This document shows positions 7,924 to 17,776 of a stretch of DNA of 64,000 bases, piece after piece (the stretch's first letter is position 1; the number at the start of each line of letters is the position of its first letter). The stretch is taken from positions 9,206 through 73,205 of the forward strand of contig CAJUAK010000003.1 of assembly GCA_910584385.1 (NCBI GenBank), written 5' to 3'. The position numbers and the translations under genes are program-made. The notes beneath the pieces are model-generated. The model worked only from the letters and a program-made list of their open reading frames with translations. It made no database searches and was not told where the DNA came from. Source of the stretch: an uncultured Alphaproteobacteria bacterium. GTDB taxonomy: Bacteria; Pseudomonadota; Alphaproteobacteria; RF32; CAG-239.

Positions 7924-9297
7924 TTACATCTTTTTCCAGGTTGTTCCGGTTGGAGAATCTTCCAATACAATCCCCTGCGCTTTTAAATCGTCCCTTATTT
8001 TATCGGCAAGCGCCCAGTTTTTATCTTTTTTTGCCTGCGCGCGCGCGACTATCTGTGCTTCTATTTCCGCAGCGCCGTCCCCTTTGCCTTTAAACCAGGT
8101 TTCCGGATTTTGCTCCAACAAGCCTAACAGCTTTGCAGATGCAAGCAGTTTCCCTTTTGCCGCCGCTTTTTCCTCTGCACTTTCCGCTTTGTTTAACTGG
8201 TTAACAAGCTCATGCAAATAGCTTATGGCCAGAGGTGTGTTCAAATCATCTGCCAGCGCTTCGACAATGCGTTCGTCAGCCGTTTCATCGGAGGCGTTTA
8301 CATCAGCCGCGTTACGCAAAGCGTTATAAAATTTATCCAGAATCTGTTTTGACTGGGCTAAGCCCTCAAAAGTAAAATTAAACGGCTGGTGGTAATGCGT
8401 GCTGATAAACAACAGGCGCAGCGCTTCCGCCGGATATTTTGCCAAAACGTCATCAACCAAATAAAAATTATTTAATGACTTTGACATCTTTACGCCATCA
8501 ACCATCAGCATCCCCGAATGCAGCCAATAATGCGCAAATTTTGACCCGGGATGCGCGCAGCAGGATTGGGCGCACTCGTTTTCATGGTGCGGGAAGATTA
8601 AATCAGAACCGCCGCCATGGATATCAAAATCATCCCCTAACAGTTTGGAACTCATCGCCGAGCATTCCAAATGCCAGCCCGGGCGTCCGTATCCCCAAGG
8701 GCTGTCCCAGCCCGGCTGCCCTTCTTCGGAAGGTTTCCATAAAATAAAATCTGCCGGATTTCTTTTATAATCGGCAACTTCAATACGAGCCCCCGCCAGC
8801 ATTTCTTTCATCGAGCGCCCGGAAAGATAGCCATAGCCCGGCATCGAATCTACAGAAAACAAAACCTGCCCTTTTGCCTCATAGGCATGTCCGTTTTGCA
8901 GCAACAGTTTGACAAGCTCTATCATTTCCTGAATATATTCCGTAGCGCGCGGGCGATAAGTCGGTTCAAGGACATTCAGCTTATGCATATCCTCAATATA
9001 CCAATTGTAAGTCTGCTCAGTAATCTCGCGGATGGGCTTTCCGGTCTCCTGATGTTTTTTTAAGATTTTATCATCCACATCCGTAATATTTGAGACATAA
9101 ACAACCTGCCCTTCGCCATAGACTTGCCGCAGCAGGCGAAACCACTGGTCAAACATAACCGCCGTCCGGGCATTGCCCAGGTGAGCCTTGTCATAAACCG
9201 TCGGGCCGCAGACATACATGCGGACTTTCTTTGCATCTATCGGCGTGAACTTTTCTTTGCGGCGCGTTAACGTGTTATTCAAATATATTTCAGTCAT
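7924..9297 (-). CDS. cysS: Cysteine--tRNA ligase
   Basis: HLGNARTA (HIGH) and KMSKSLNN (KMSKS) motifs, plus CGPTVYD. Confidence 0.96.
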   Translation of the reverse strand: MTEIYLNNTLTRRKEKFTPIDAKKVRMYVCGPTVYDKAHLGNARTAVMFDQWFRLLRQVYGEGQVVYVSNITDVDDKILKKHQETGKPIREITEQTYNWYIEDMHKLNVLEPTYRPRATEYIQEMIELVKLLLQNGHAYEAKGQVLFSVDSMPGYGYLSGRSMKEMLAGARIEVADYKRNPADFILWKPSEEGQPGWDSPWGYGRPGWHLECSAMSSKLLGDDFDIHGGGSDLIFPHHENECAQSCCAHPGSKFAHYWLHSGMLMVDGVKMSKSLNNFYLVDDVLAKYPAEALRLLFISTHYHQPFNFTFEGLAQSKQILDKFYNALRNAADVNASDETADERIVEALADDLNTPLAISYLHELVNQLNKAESAEEKAAAKGKLLASAKLLGLLEQNPETWFKGKGDGAAEIEAQIVARAQAKKDKNWALADKIRDDLKAQGIVLEDSPTGTTWKKM

Positions 9298-9311
9298 TTT
9301 ATTTTCCTTAA

Positions 9312-10634
9312 TCAGGCCGTAATGCCTTTTAGCCTTGCCAAGATCTTCTCTCTGCCGATTAACGGCAGCAGCGTTTTTAACTCAGGGCCATTGCCGGCGG
9401 CCGTAACGGCCAAACGCAGAGGATGGAATAAATCTTTGCCTTTTTTGCCGCTTTTGGTTTTAAGCGCGTCTGTCCAGCTTTTAAATGTTTCATCATTCCA
9501 CGGTTCCGGAGGCAGGATTTCCGCAGCCAAATCCGTTAAGGTCTTGTCTTCGATTATCGGCGAAAGGGGCTGGCGGCAAATTTTTTCCCATTCGGCAATA
9601 TCAGCCACTTTTTGCAAATTCGGACGGACGGCATTCCAAAAATTTTCATCCGCGTCAATCCGGCCTTTTACTTTTTCATAAGGAAGATTATGCAGATATT
9701 TTGTGTTGAATATCTTTAATTCTTCTTCATCAAACTTAGGCTGGGAACGTCCAATTTTGCTTAAATCCAAGGAAGCGGCCAGGCTTTCCAAATCGTAATA
9801 AGGCTCAATGGCTTCAGATGTGCCGAGTTTGGCAAGGAATGAACTGATTGCCATTGCCTCAACGCCATCCGCGCGCAAATCGCGGACACCCAAGCTTCCA
9901 AGCCTTTTAGAGAGTTTTCCTTCCTTTCCGGTCAGCAGCGGCAAATGGGCAAACGACGGAACTTTTCCGCCTAATGCCTCAAACATCTGAACCTGCGACG
10001 CCGTATTGGTTACATGGTCTTCCCCGCGGACAATATGGGTAATGCCGAAATCAACATCGTCAATTACCGAAGGCAGATGGTATAAGAAACTTCCGTCTTC
10101 GCGGATAATAATCGGGTCGCTCAGTTTATCGGCTTCATAACGGCAAGTGCCGCGAACCATGTCTTCCCATTTTATCTCGCCGGGAAGAAGTTTAAAACGG
10201 TAATGCGGGCGGCGCCCTTCTTTTTCATAAGCGGCAATTTCTTCGGGTTTCAGCTGCAGCGAATGCCGGTCGTAAATGGGCGGCAGGCCTTTGTTGAGCA
10301 GCCTTTTTCTCATAAATTCCAGTTCTTCGGGCGTTTCATAGCAAGCGTAAATCCGCCCGTCTTTTTTGAGTTTTTCAACAACTTCGTTATAGCGTTCAAA
10401 ACGGGCAGACTGGCGGGATTCCTCGCACCAGTCCAAACCCAGCCAATTTAAAGCATCCCTTATGGCCAGCTCATATTCTTCTTTTGAACGCAATTTATCC
10501 GTATCATCAATACGCAGCATAAATTTCCCGCCGAGCTTTTTGGCGAGAAGCCAGTTGAACAGCGCCGTCCGCGTATTTCCAATATGCATAAATCCTGTCG
10601 GGCTCGGCGCAAAGCGTACTTTTATGTTTGTCAT
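9312..10634 (-). CDS. gltX: Glutamate--tRNA ligase
   Basis: RFAPSPTGFMHIGNTRTALFNW and KLSKR motifs. Confidence 0.95.
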   Translation of the reverse strand: MTNIKVRFAPSPTGFMHIGNTRTALFNWLLAKKLGGKFMLRIDDTDKLRSKEEYELAIRDALNWLGLDWCEESRQSARFERYNEVVEKLKKDGRIYACYETPEELEFMRKRLLNKGLPPIYDRHSLQLKPEEIAAYEKEGRRPHYRFKLLPGEIKWEDMVRGTCRYEADKLSDPIIIREDGSFLYHLPSVIDDVDFGITHIVRGEDHVTNTASQVQMFEALGGKVPSFAHLPLLTGKEGKLSKRLGSLGVRDLRADGVEAMAISSFLAKLGTSEAIEPYYDLESLAASLDLSKIGRSQPKFDEEELKIFNTKYLHNLPYEKVKGRIDADENFWNAVRPNLQKVADIAEWEKICRQPLSPIIEDKTLTDLAAEILPPEPWNDETFKSWTDALKTKSGKKGKDLFHPLRLAVTAAGNGPELKTLLPLIGREKILARLKGITA

Positions 10635-10690
10635 TATCTCTTGTCCATTATTAAAAACTAAGAGGATAATATAAAATCGGCATTATAAAT

Positions 10691-11350
10691 TCAATAATTA
10701 TTTTGCAAATTAAGCTGATTATTCTTTTCGGCAGAAACTGCCAAATCCTCCAAATCTTCAAGGAACCAGGAAATGTCTTCGTCATTTGCCGCAATCATCC
10801 CGTAGAATTTTCCCCGGTAAGATAAGATGAGGCTGCTTTCAGCCAATTTTATGTCAATAATCTGCAGCTGCCCGCCGTTATCGCGAATTCTCAGGCTGAA
10901 CGGGATAACGCTGCTTTGCTGCCCGCCCATAATTTTCCCCACATCAACAACGGCAGAAACTTCCGCTTCATTGCCGCGGATTTCCACCCGGGTGATTTCA
11001 TATATAATTTTTGAAACATCAAAATCCAGCGGAAATGTTTTATATAACCCCAGCGCATAACGCTTAAACAAGGGCAAATATTGCTGCTGTTGCTCAGGGC
11101 TCATTTCCTTCCAGTATTTTCCAACGACAAATTTCCCTACATAATCCAAATCCACATGGTTAAGAAACAATTCGTCAAGGGCGGCATATTTTTCTTCTGC
11201 ATTTTTCATGTTAAAAGTGTTCAACAGGCGCTCCCCTTTATCCTGCGCCCAGGCTCGCACATCTTTTTCCGTCATGGAAGCTGAGGCGTTTTCCCAACAA
11301 AAAACGCTTAAAAAAAAGATAATAAGTTTAAGAAATTTCTTACTTTTCAT
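10691..11350 (-). CDS. MlaC/Ttg2D-family phospholipid-binding periplasmic protein
   Basis: Signal peptide, plus the D...V..F..G..W......Q...Y...F...L...Y pattern of the toluene-tolerance Ttg2D family. Confidence 0.65.
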   Translation of the reverse strand: MKSKKFLKLIIFFLSVFCWENASASMTEKDVRAWAQDKGERLLNTFNMKNAEEKYAALDELFLNHVDLDYVGKFVVGKYWKEMSPEQQQQYLPLFKRYALGLYKTFPLDFDVSKIIYEITRVEIRGNEAEVSAVVDVGKIMGGQQSSVIPFSLRIRDNGGQLQIIDIKLAESSLILSYRGKFYGMIAANDEDISWFLEDLEDLAVSAEKNNQLNLQNNY

Positions 11351-11396
11351 AAATTTTGCCTTATAGTATTTCCATCTTGGTTTATTATAGCATAAA

Positions 11397-12425
11397 TTGG
11401 TTAAAAAAATGACACTAAAAATTTTTCGCTTATTTTTATTGTTTGCCTGCGCTGCTCCTGCTGCCGCACAAAGCCCGGTCTGGGATCTGGCACTGCGAAG
11501 GGGCTATGTTTCATGCGGCACGGATTTAATCTCCAAAACTTATGCCTATAAAGACGAAAACGGCCAATGGAAAGGCATTGATGCAGACATTTGCAAACTT
11601 TTTTCTTTTATGCTCTTTGGGCATGGGAACAACATCCAAATGGTTCATGTCCCTTCAACTAAGGCTGCCCAAGCGCTGAATGACGGAAAAATTGAAATCA
11701 TGCTCAGCGCCGCGCCCGCCCAGGCCAGCCAGGAGATAGCCGGAAACACCCTGCCCGCGGCAATTATTTATTACGACCGGCAAAAATTTCTGGCCAATAT
11801 TCAAGATAATGCAACTTCAATGGAAGACTATCAAGGGCAGAAAATATGCGCAGATGGAAATTCCGAGGATTTGGCTTACCTTAACGAATTTAACGAACGT
11901 TATGCTTTGGATTTGAAAATTTTACCGTTTCCATCTTTTGAAAAAGCAAAAGAAGCTTTTCTTCTTAACCGCTGCCAGCTTATCAGCGGTTCGGAAATAC
12001 AGCTCCTCGGCATTTTAAAAAGCTCGACATCAAAAAAACGTTCCATCGCCATCTTGCCGGAAGTTATCGCAACCAAGCCCGTTTTTGCCCATGTTGCCAA
12101 AAACAACGACTTTCTGCGCCGGCAGGTTAAATGGGTTATCAATGCCCCGTTACTGGCAGAACATTTGAAAATAAATTCTAAAAACGTTACGACATTTTCC
12201 GGCGCCAAAGACAAATCGACGCAAAATCTGCTCGGCGTCAGCCCCAATTTATGGCAAAAGTTTTTCCTCACCCCGCAAGGCGTTAAAAACGCTTTGGAAG
12301 TTTTGGGGAATTATGATGAAATCTACCAACGCAACCTTGGCGCAGATTCTCCGTTTAAATTGGAACGGGGCGAAAGCCGCCTTATTGAAAACGGCGGGCT
12401 AATGAATTATCAGCTCTTTTTGTGA
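11397..12425 (+). CDS. Amino-acid ABC transporter substrate-binding protein (AapJ-like)
   Basis: Signal peptide LFACAAPAAAQ, and an SBP_bac_3-like layout (GYVSCGTD...DENGQWKGIDADICK). The alternative start is the ATG at 11409. Confidence 0.7.
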   Translation: MVKKMTLKIFRLFLLFACAAPAAAQSPVWDLALRRGYVSCGTDLISKTYAYKDENGQWKGIDADICKLFSFMLFGHGNNIQMVHVPSTKAAQALNDGKIEIMLSAAPAQASQEIAGNTLPAAIIYYDRQKFLANIQDNATSMEDYQGQKICADGNSEDLAYLNEFNERYALDLKILPFPSFEKAKEAFLLNRCQLISGSEIQLLGILKSSTSKKRSIAILPEVIATKPVFAHVAKNNDFLRRQVKWVINAPLLAEHLKINSKNVTTFSGAKDKSTQNLLGVSPNLWQKFFLTPQGVKNALEVLGNYDEIYQRNLGADSPFKLERGESRLIENGGLMNYQLFL

Positions 12426-13168
12426 AAGCTGTTCCGTTCAATAAAATCAGCGGCATATTCCAGCCCTTCCGGCGTTATTTGATGCATTCCGCCGGGGATT
12501 ACTTTGGTTTCCACCGCCGCGCCCATTTCGCTCAACATATTTTTTGTAAAATCCAAAGCTTCAAAGCGAACCAGATTATCGGCGTCGCCATGAATAAGAA
12601 GCGTATTCGGCGTGCTCAAATGATGGCGCATTAAATAGCTGCGTCCGGCCATGATGCCGCTGAAGCTGACGCAGCCCGCCATTTTCTCCCTCATCAGGGA
12701 TGTGTATAGAGCCAACATCGCGCCTTGTGAAAAGCCGCAGAGAAACAAATCTTTGTCTTCAAGCCCATATTCGGACAGACATTGGTCAATGTAAAAATTC
12801 AGATATGAGGCCGCCTGGTTTAACCCCATGGCCATTTTATCATAAATCGCTTCGCATTCTGCAAAAGTCGGAACAACTTTGCGCATATCTTCCGGGTCAA
12901 AATGGTGCATAGAATACCATTGGCGCTTATTTTCATGGATTTCGCAAATCAGCGGCGCTTGCGGCAGATGAATGGCATAATTGTCAAGCTTGTCAAGAAA
13001 AGGGGCGAGCTTGCGTTCAAGAGCCGGCGCAGAATCTATATATCCGTGCAAAAAAATAATCAGCTTTTCCGGGCGCCCTTTGATATGCGCAATTTCTTCC
13101 TGAATGATATTATTCATGATATGTATCCGGTTTTGTGATAAACGCAAATTGTTTTCTGATGTGAACAT
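12410..13168 (-). CDS. Phospholipase/carboxylesterase-family alpha/beta hydrolase
   Basis: LIIFLHGY, nucleophile elbow GFSQGAM, and IHGDADNLV. An alternative start lies at 13117 (MNNII). The gene converges with and overlaps the previous gene by 16 nt. Confidence 0.75.
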   Translation of the reverse strand: MFTSENNLRLSQNRIHIMNNIIQEEIAHIKGRPEKLIIFLHGYIDSAPALERKLAPFLDKLDNYAIHLPQAPLICEIHENKRQWYSMHHFDPEDMRKVVPTFAECEAIYDKMAMGLNQAASYLNFYIDQCLSEYGLEDKDLFLCGFSQGAMLALYTSLMREKMAGCVSFSGIMAGRSYLMRHHLSTPNTLLIHGDADNLVRFEALDFTKNMLSEMGAAVETKVIPGGMHQITPEGLEYAADFIERNSFHKKS

Positions 13169-13250
13169 ATAATAAACCCTTAAATAAAAAGTAAATATTT
13201 TTAAAGCGGAACAAATTTATTCCGCCTTATCATTTTTTCAAGAGGGATTT

Positions 13251-13736
13251 TTAATATTTTTCGGCTTCTATTATTTGCAGCATTTCTCTAAAAGCTTCCG
13301 CCGGCGTGCCGGAAAAATTTATAATCATTTTATTTTGCGTAATACAACACTGCTTTTTTTCTTCATAATGGCAAAAAGGCGTTTGAAACCAACGAATGTA
13401 ACGGTGGCTGTCATCAATATGCAGGCTGATGTTGTGCAGCAGGCAGTATTTTGCTTTTGCCGTATCCCACAGTTTATCGGAAACCTTGAATTCGCCATTT
13501 TCAAAATATTCCACCTTATCTAAAGCCGCATAAAAATCTAAAATGGCAAATATTTTGCTGTAAGATATTTTATGCTCTTCAAGATATTCTTTTACAAGGC
13601 GCCTGGGTCCGCCTGTTATGATATGTATTTCGCAGCCTGCGTTAAACGCCAGCTTTGTCAGCTTTGAAAAAAATTCAGGCTGTTTGGTTATAACGCCATG
13701 AAAATCTATCCCGATTTTTATGCCTTTAACGATCAT
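13251..13736 (-). CDS. HAD-like small hydrolase-fold protein, function unknown
   Basis: IGIDFHGVIT resembles HAD motif I, but the second Asp is replaced by His. HIITGG is also present. Confidence 0.45.
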   Translation of the reverse strand: MIVKGIKIGIDFHGVITKQPEFFSKLTKLAFNAGCEIHIITGGPRRLVKEYLEEHKISYSKIFAILDFYAALDKVEYFENGEFKVSDKLWDTAKAKYCLLHNISLHIDDSHRYIRWFQTPFCHYEEKKQCCITQNKMIINFSGTPAEAFREMLQIIEAEKY

Positions 13737-16700
13737 TGCCGCTCCCGAATGTTGAACGGAATAAATCTTTTAACGAACTCGGGCTCAGGGCTGAGAGCGG
13801 GTTAATACTGACGTTCGGGTCAGACAGGCTTCCCGTAATCTTGTAATTGGCAGCAAAAACGGTTCCGTCTTTTCCGCTCAACAGGCTTCCAACCAGGGGG
13901 AGCTTGCCGATGAATGTGTTCAGGCTGTATGCCGGCGCAATCACGCCTTTAATGTTATATGTTTCGGTAATTCTTGAAACCGACCCATTTGCGGTTATTC
14001 CCATCACCGGGCCAAATGCTTTGGCTTCCGTCGTGTAAAGCGTTTTATCCTTATATTCGAACGGTGCGTCGAAGTGCGAAAAAGCCATGCCTTCCCCGCT
14101 TAAAAGATTCAACATTCCGGTCAGAGATGCCACGGTGAACAGCTTTGCCAAAACCGGCGTGTTATAAATGCTGAAATCTCTTATTTTCGCATGCCCGATA
14201 AAGTTTTTATTTTTATCCCTTTTGGCTTCAATGCTTAAAATGCCGCCGCTCATATTATCATACAGCCGCAAAACTTTCAGGGTGCTTCCGGCATTGTTAC
14301 TGTCAACGGTCAGGAAATATTCACCATTTTTCCGCGGCGTATAGTCCAGCTTCATCATTGCCTCGCGGCTGCTGCCGAAATTTCCAATCAAATGCATTTC
14401 CTGGACACCAATCCCGTGCACGAGCTTTGCAGAACCGGCAAAATTGCGCACGGAAACCAGTTCATTTGTCCATAAACGGTTCACGGCAATATTAACATCT
14501 GAGGTTGCAACATTTTCCAAATCCGTATCATCGCCAGATTTTGCCTGTTTATGCTGTTGTTTAAGCTTGTCTTCGTTTCTGGCAAAAAGTTCAGACAAAT
14601 CGTAACTTGTTCCGGAAACATTGATTTTTACCTTCTCCTGCGGCGTTTTTAGAAATTCTATTTTTGCGCGGGCGTCGGTTTTCGGCCCTTTGATTTTGGT
14701 TACATCAACAAGTTTTACATCTCCCTGCCCGTCTAAAACGACCTTTCCGGCAAAGCTGAAATCTTGCTTGGCCAGGCTGAATGACGGTATGGACTTTAAT
14801 TTATTATCAATAAATTCCAGCTTTGCTTTGGCTGTGCCGTTTTGCCCGGCAGGTTTGCGCAGCCCAAAAAACGAATAATCGACATCGGCGCTTTTCAGAT
14901 TGCCGTCCAAATCTATTACCATGCGGTTATCTTCATAGCTCGTAATATAGGCGTCAACATCCAAATGCCCTGAAATGTATGGGGGATTTATGAAACTGAT
15001 ATCTGTTAAGCCTATAATTTTCTTAAAGTTTTCATCAAAACGGAAGGATATTTTATATTTGCTCTTATAGTCTTTCTTATTAAAATCTTCTTCCCAAACC
15101 AATTTCAGGGGGATTTTTTCAAAAGTGGCATTCCCTTCCAGCAACATTCCTTTATTGGTAACGCTCAAAGAAAGTTCCGGCGCAAAAATAGGTTTGCCGT
15201 CAATAACGTCCGGCATTTCCAAATCTTTGATATTCGCCTTGACATCCACATGAACTTCTTCGGGCTCAAGGTCATTTTTAAGTTCAAATTTCAGTCCTAA
15301 ATCATTCTCTGACCAACCCTTTATTTTATCCGGATCCAGCCCCATTTCCGAAGTATAACCCAAAGGCTGGTGGTCAATCAGTTTCAACACGTCGGTAACG
15401 GAACTGCGCCCGGTCAGGCGGATATCCGCAAAGTTATTTTCTTTATCCAAATCATAAAGGCGGACATAACCTCCGTCAACCTCAACGCCGTCCGAAACGG
15501 CTTTTTCCACGCTGATGTCAATACTTCCCGGCGTGAACTCGGCTGTGCCATACATCTTTGTAATATTGGGCATGCCGCTTAAATAAAACAGCGTCCCGTC
15601 TTCAATCTCCCCTTTTCCGGAAAGGTTTTCAAAGGCAATGCCGCCGGATTTTTTATCATAGGCAAAATCAAAGGTGAAATCTGCATTTTTTGCAAAGCCT
15701 CCGAGCAGGCTTTCCTTACACCAGGCCCAGGCATCAGGCGCAATATACCGCGGCCAATATTTGCTCAATTCCGCAAAGGCTAATTTTTGGACTTTCGCAT
15801 TCAGGCTAAATTTCAAATCATCCAAAGATTTGTACAGAAAATACTTCTTCAGGCCGCTGACAGAAAAGCTCAATTCCGCCGGCAAACCATCCAAATCAAA
15901 TTTAGCATTTTCAATTTTCAGCTGGTTTAGCCCCGCCCCTAAATTTCCATCAACAGCAAAGGATGAAACGGCATATGCGTCTTCATCTTTTCCGGTGAAT
16001 AAAATTTCCCCTTTGCCGCCCTCTATTTCAAAATGCATTTTTTCCACCGCCGTATCAAGGCTTTGCTGCCAATTGTCCCGGTGTTTGATTATTTCATCAA
16101 AATTTACCAGAGTATTGACTTTTCCGCTCAGCGGCAGGCGGATATGATAATTTTCAGGCTTTTCGCCGGCAATCATAAAATTATCAATCAAATCAGCCGG
16201 AATTAATTCTGAAAAATATAATTGAAGGCCCAACTTATTTGTGGAAGGGCGATATTCGGCGCTCAATCCTAAAGAAGATATCCGGTCATTGAGTTTCAGC
16301 AAAGCGTTGATATCCGTTTCAATATTTCTGAAATTGCGGTTAAAGCTGTAATTCACATCAGAAAAGCTCCATTTCCTTCCCAAATCCACCTCATGAAACT
16401 CAACTTCGGCGTGATTGATGGATATGCTGTTAATGTAGCTTTCGGCATATGATTTATCAGAAGAATTAAACCGCTCGATAAATTCGTCAAAATTATCAAT
16501 ATAAAATTCCAGCGTTTTGGCGCCGGCTTCCTGTTCATTGTCTTTTTTTAAGCCATAGCTTGTAAAAATATAAACGGACGGATTGTTTACCTCGATGGAA
16601 CTTGGCGCGATAACGCCGCGCAACAAAGCTTTCATGCTAAAAGAAACCGAAGTTTTTGGCGCGTCGATTGAAAAACTGCCGTCATTTTTCCGGTATTTAA

Positions 16701-16947
16701 CGTTAGACGCAATAATATGCACCGGAATGATGGAACGCACCAATTCCAGATTTACGCTGTCCAGCGTAACCTGATATTCGGCATCATCATGGTTGAGCGC
16801 TTTAATAATATACGGCTTCAAAAAAGGTATGGCTATCGGCGCGCGGTACAGCTGCCAGATAAACAGCAGCAAACCGACCAACAGAACAACGCCCGTGTAA
16901 TCGATTATTTTATGAAAAAGATATGCCCGCGAGTTTAGTTTCTTCAT
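13726..16947 (-). CDS. AsmA/YhdP-like large envelope protein (DUF3971-type)
   Basis: 1073 aa with an N-terminal TM anchor, a long beta-rich body, and the C-terminal GKDGTVFAANYKITGSLSDPNVSINPLSAL motif typical of the AsmA-like C-terminal domain. Confidence 0.7.
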   Translation of the reverse strand: MKKLNSRAYLFHKIIDYTGVVLLVGLLLFIWQLYRAPIAIPFLKPYIIKALNHDDAEYQVTLDSVNLELVRSIIPVHIIASNVKYRKNDGSFSIDAPKTSVSFSMKALLRGVIAPSSIEVNNPSVYIFTSYGLKKDNEQEAGAKTLEFYIDNFDEFIERFNSSDKSYAESYINSISINHAEVEFHEVDLGRKWSFSDVNYSFNRNFRNIETDINALLKLNDRISSLGLSAEYRPSTNKLGLQLYFSELIPADLIDNFMIAGEKPENYHIRLPLSGKVNTLVNFDEIIKHRDNWQQSLDTAVEKMHFEIEGGKGEILFTGKDEDAYAVSSFAVDGNLGAGLNQLKIENAKFDLDGLPAELSFSVSGLKKYFLYKSLDDLKFSLNAKVQKLAFAELSKYWPRYIAPDAWAWCKESLLGGFAKNADFTFDFAYDKKSGGIAFENLSGKGEIEDGTLFYLSGMPNITKMYGTAEFTPGSIDISVEKAVSDGVEVDGGYVRLYDLDKENNFADIRLTGRSSVTDVLKLIDHQPLGYTSEMGLDPDKIKGWSENDLGLKFELKNDLEPEEVHVDVKANIKDLEMPDVIDGKPIFAPELSLSVTNKGMLLEGNATFEKIPLKLVWEEDFNKKDYKSKYKISFRFDENFKKIIGLTDISFINPPYISGHLDVDAYITSYEDNRMVIDLDGNLKSADVDYSFFGLRKPAGQNGTAKAKLEFIDNKLKSIPSFSLAKQDFSFAGKVVLDGQGDVKLVDVTKIKGPKTDARAKIEFLKTPQEKVKINVSGTSYDLSELFARNEDKLKQQHKQAKSGDDTDLENVATSDVNIAVNRLWTNELVSVRNFAGSAKLVHGIGVQEMHLIGNFGSSREAMMKLDYTPRKNGEYFLTVDSNNAGSTLKVLRLYDNMSGGILSIEAKRDKNKNFIGHAKIRDFSIYNTPVLAKLFTVASLTGMLNLLSGEGMAFSHFDAPFEYKDKTLYTTEAKAFGPVMGITANGSVSRITETYNIKGVIAPAYSLNTFIGKLPLVGSLLSGKDGTVFAANYKITGSLSDPNVSINPLSALSPSSLKDLFRSTFGSGNDR

Positions 16948-17772
16948 TTAATTCTTTTCCAGCCATTTCATTACGTCTCGATAACTGCGCACATTATGCA
17001 AATCATTATGCCCGCACCCTTCATATATAATTATTTTTTTAGGATTTGGAGCACTTTCAAATAAATTCTGTGCCAATTCGACAGGAACAACCCGGTCCTG
17101 CCTTGCGCCCAAAAGCAGCAAAGGGGACTTCAGCCTTCCGGCCAACTCAAGATTATCATACTTGTCTTTAATCAAATAATCCAAGGGCAGAGGGATTTGA
17201 ACCGTCTTCTTGACAACATTGGTAATATTATCAAACGGAACCTCCAAAACAACTGCCGAAAAGGGGCTGCTTTTTTGAAGGCTGTCTGCCGCATAAAGCG
17301 CCATATGGGTGCCAAGCGACATGCCATAAAGGATTATCTCCGAATTTTTATATCCCTGCCCGTAAAGATAGCGCACGGCGGCCAAGCTGTCTTGTTCAAG
17401 CCCTTGCTGGGTTATTTCTCCGGCAACATTTCCAAACCCTCTGTATTCAGGAATAAATGTTCCGTAGCCGACTTCTGCAAAAGGCAGCATTTTGTGATAA
17501 AATTTTTCAATATTATAAGAGTTGCCGTGCAAAAACACGATAATCTTTTTATTTTTTTCCGGTTTCGTATACCAGGCGTAAAGCGGCGTTCCGTCCTGGG
17601 AAGTATATTGGACAACTTCCGCATTATAACCGTTTGCCTTTGCATTTTCCAGATTGGCCAGATGATTGTCCGGATGATAGAAAAACCATTGCGGGCGGTA
17701 ATACGCCGTTATGCAAAAAGCAATATAGGCAAATATTGAAACAGATAAAAGCTTTTTAATTAAATTCATCAT
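16948..17772 (-). CDS. Alpha/beta hydrolase (membrane-anchored)
   Basis: FLHGNS, GMSLGT (GxSxG), downstream D and GHND residues, and an N-terminal TM segment. Confidence 0.75.
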   Translation of the reverse strand: MMNLIKKLLSVSIFAYIAFCITAYYRPQWFFYHPDNHLANLENAKANGYNAEVVQYTSQDGTPLYAWYTKPEKNKKIIVFLHGNSYNIEKFYHKMLPFAEVGYGTFIPEYRGFGNVAGEITQQGLEQDSLAAVRYLYGQGYKNSEIILYGMSLGTHMALYAADSLQKSSPFSAVVLEVPFDNITNVVKKTVQIPLPLDYLIKDKYDNLELAGRLKSPLLLLGARQDRVVPVELAQNLFESAPNPKKIIIYEGCGHNDLHNVRSYRDVMKWLEKN

Positions 17773-17776
17773 CTTT

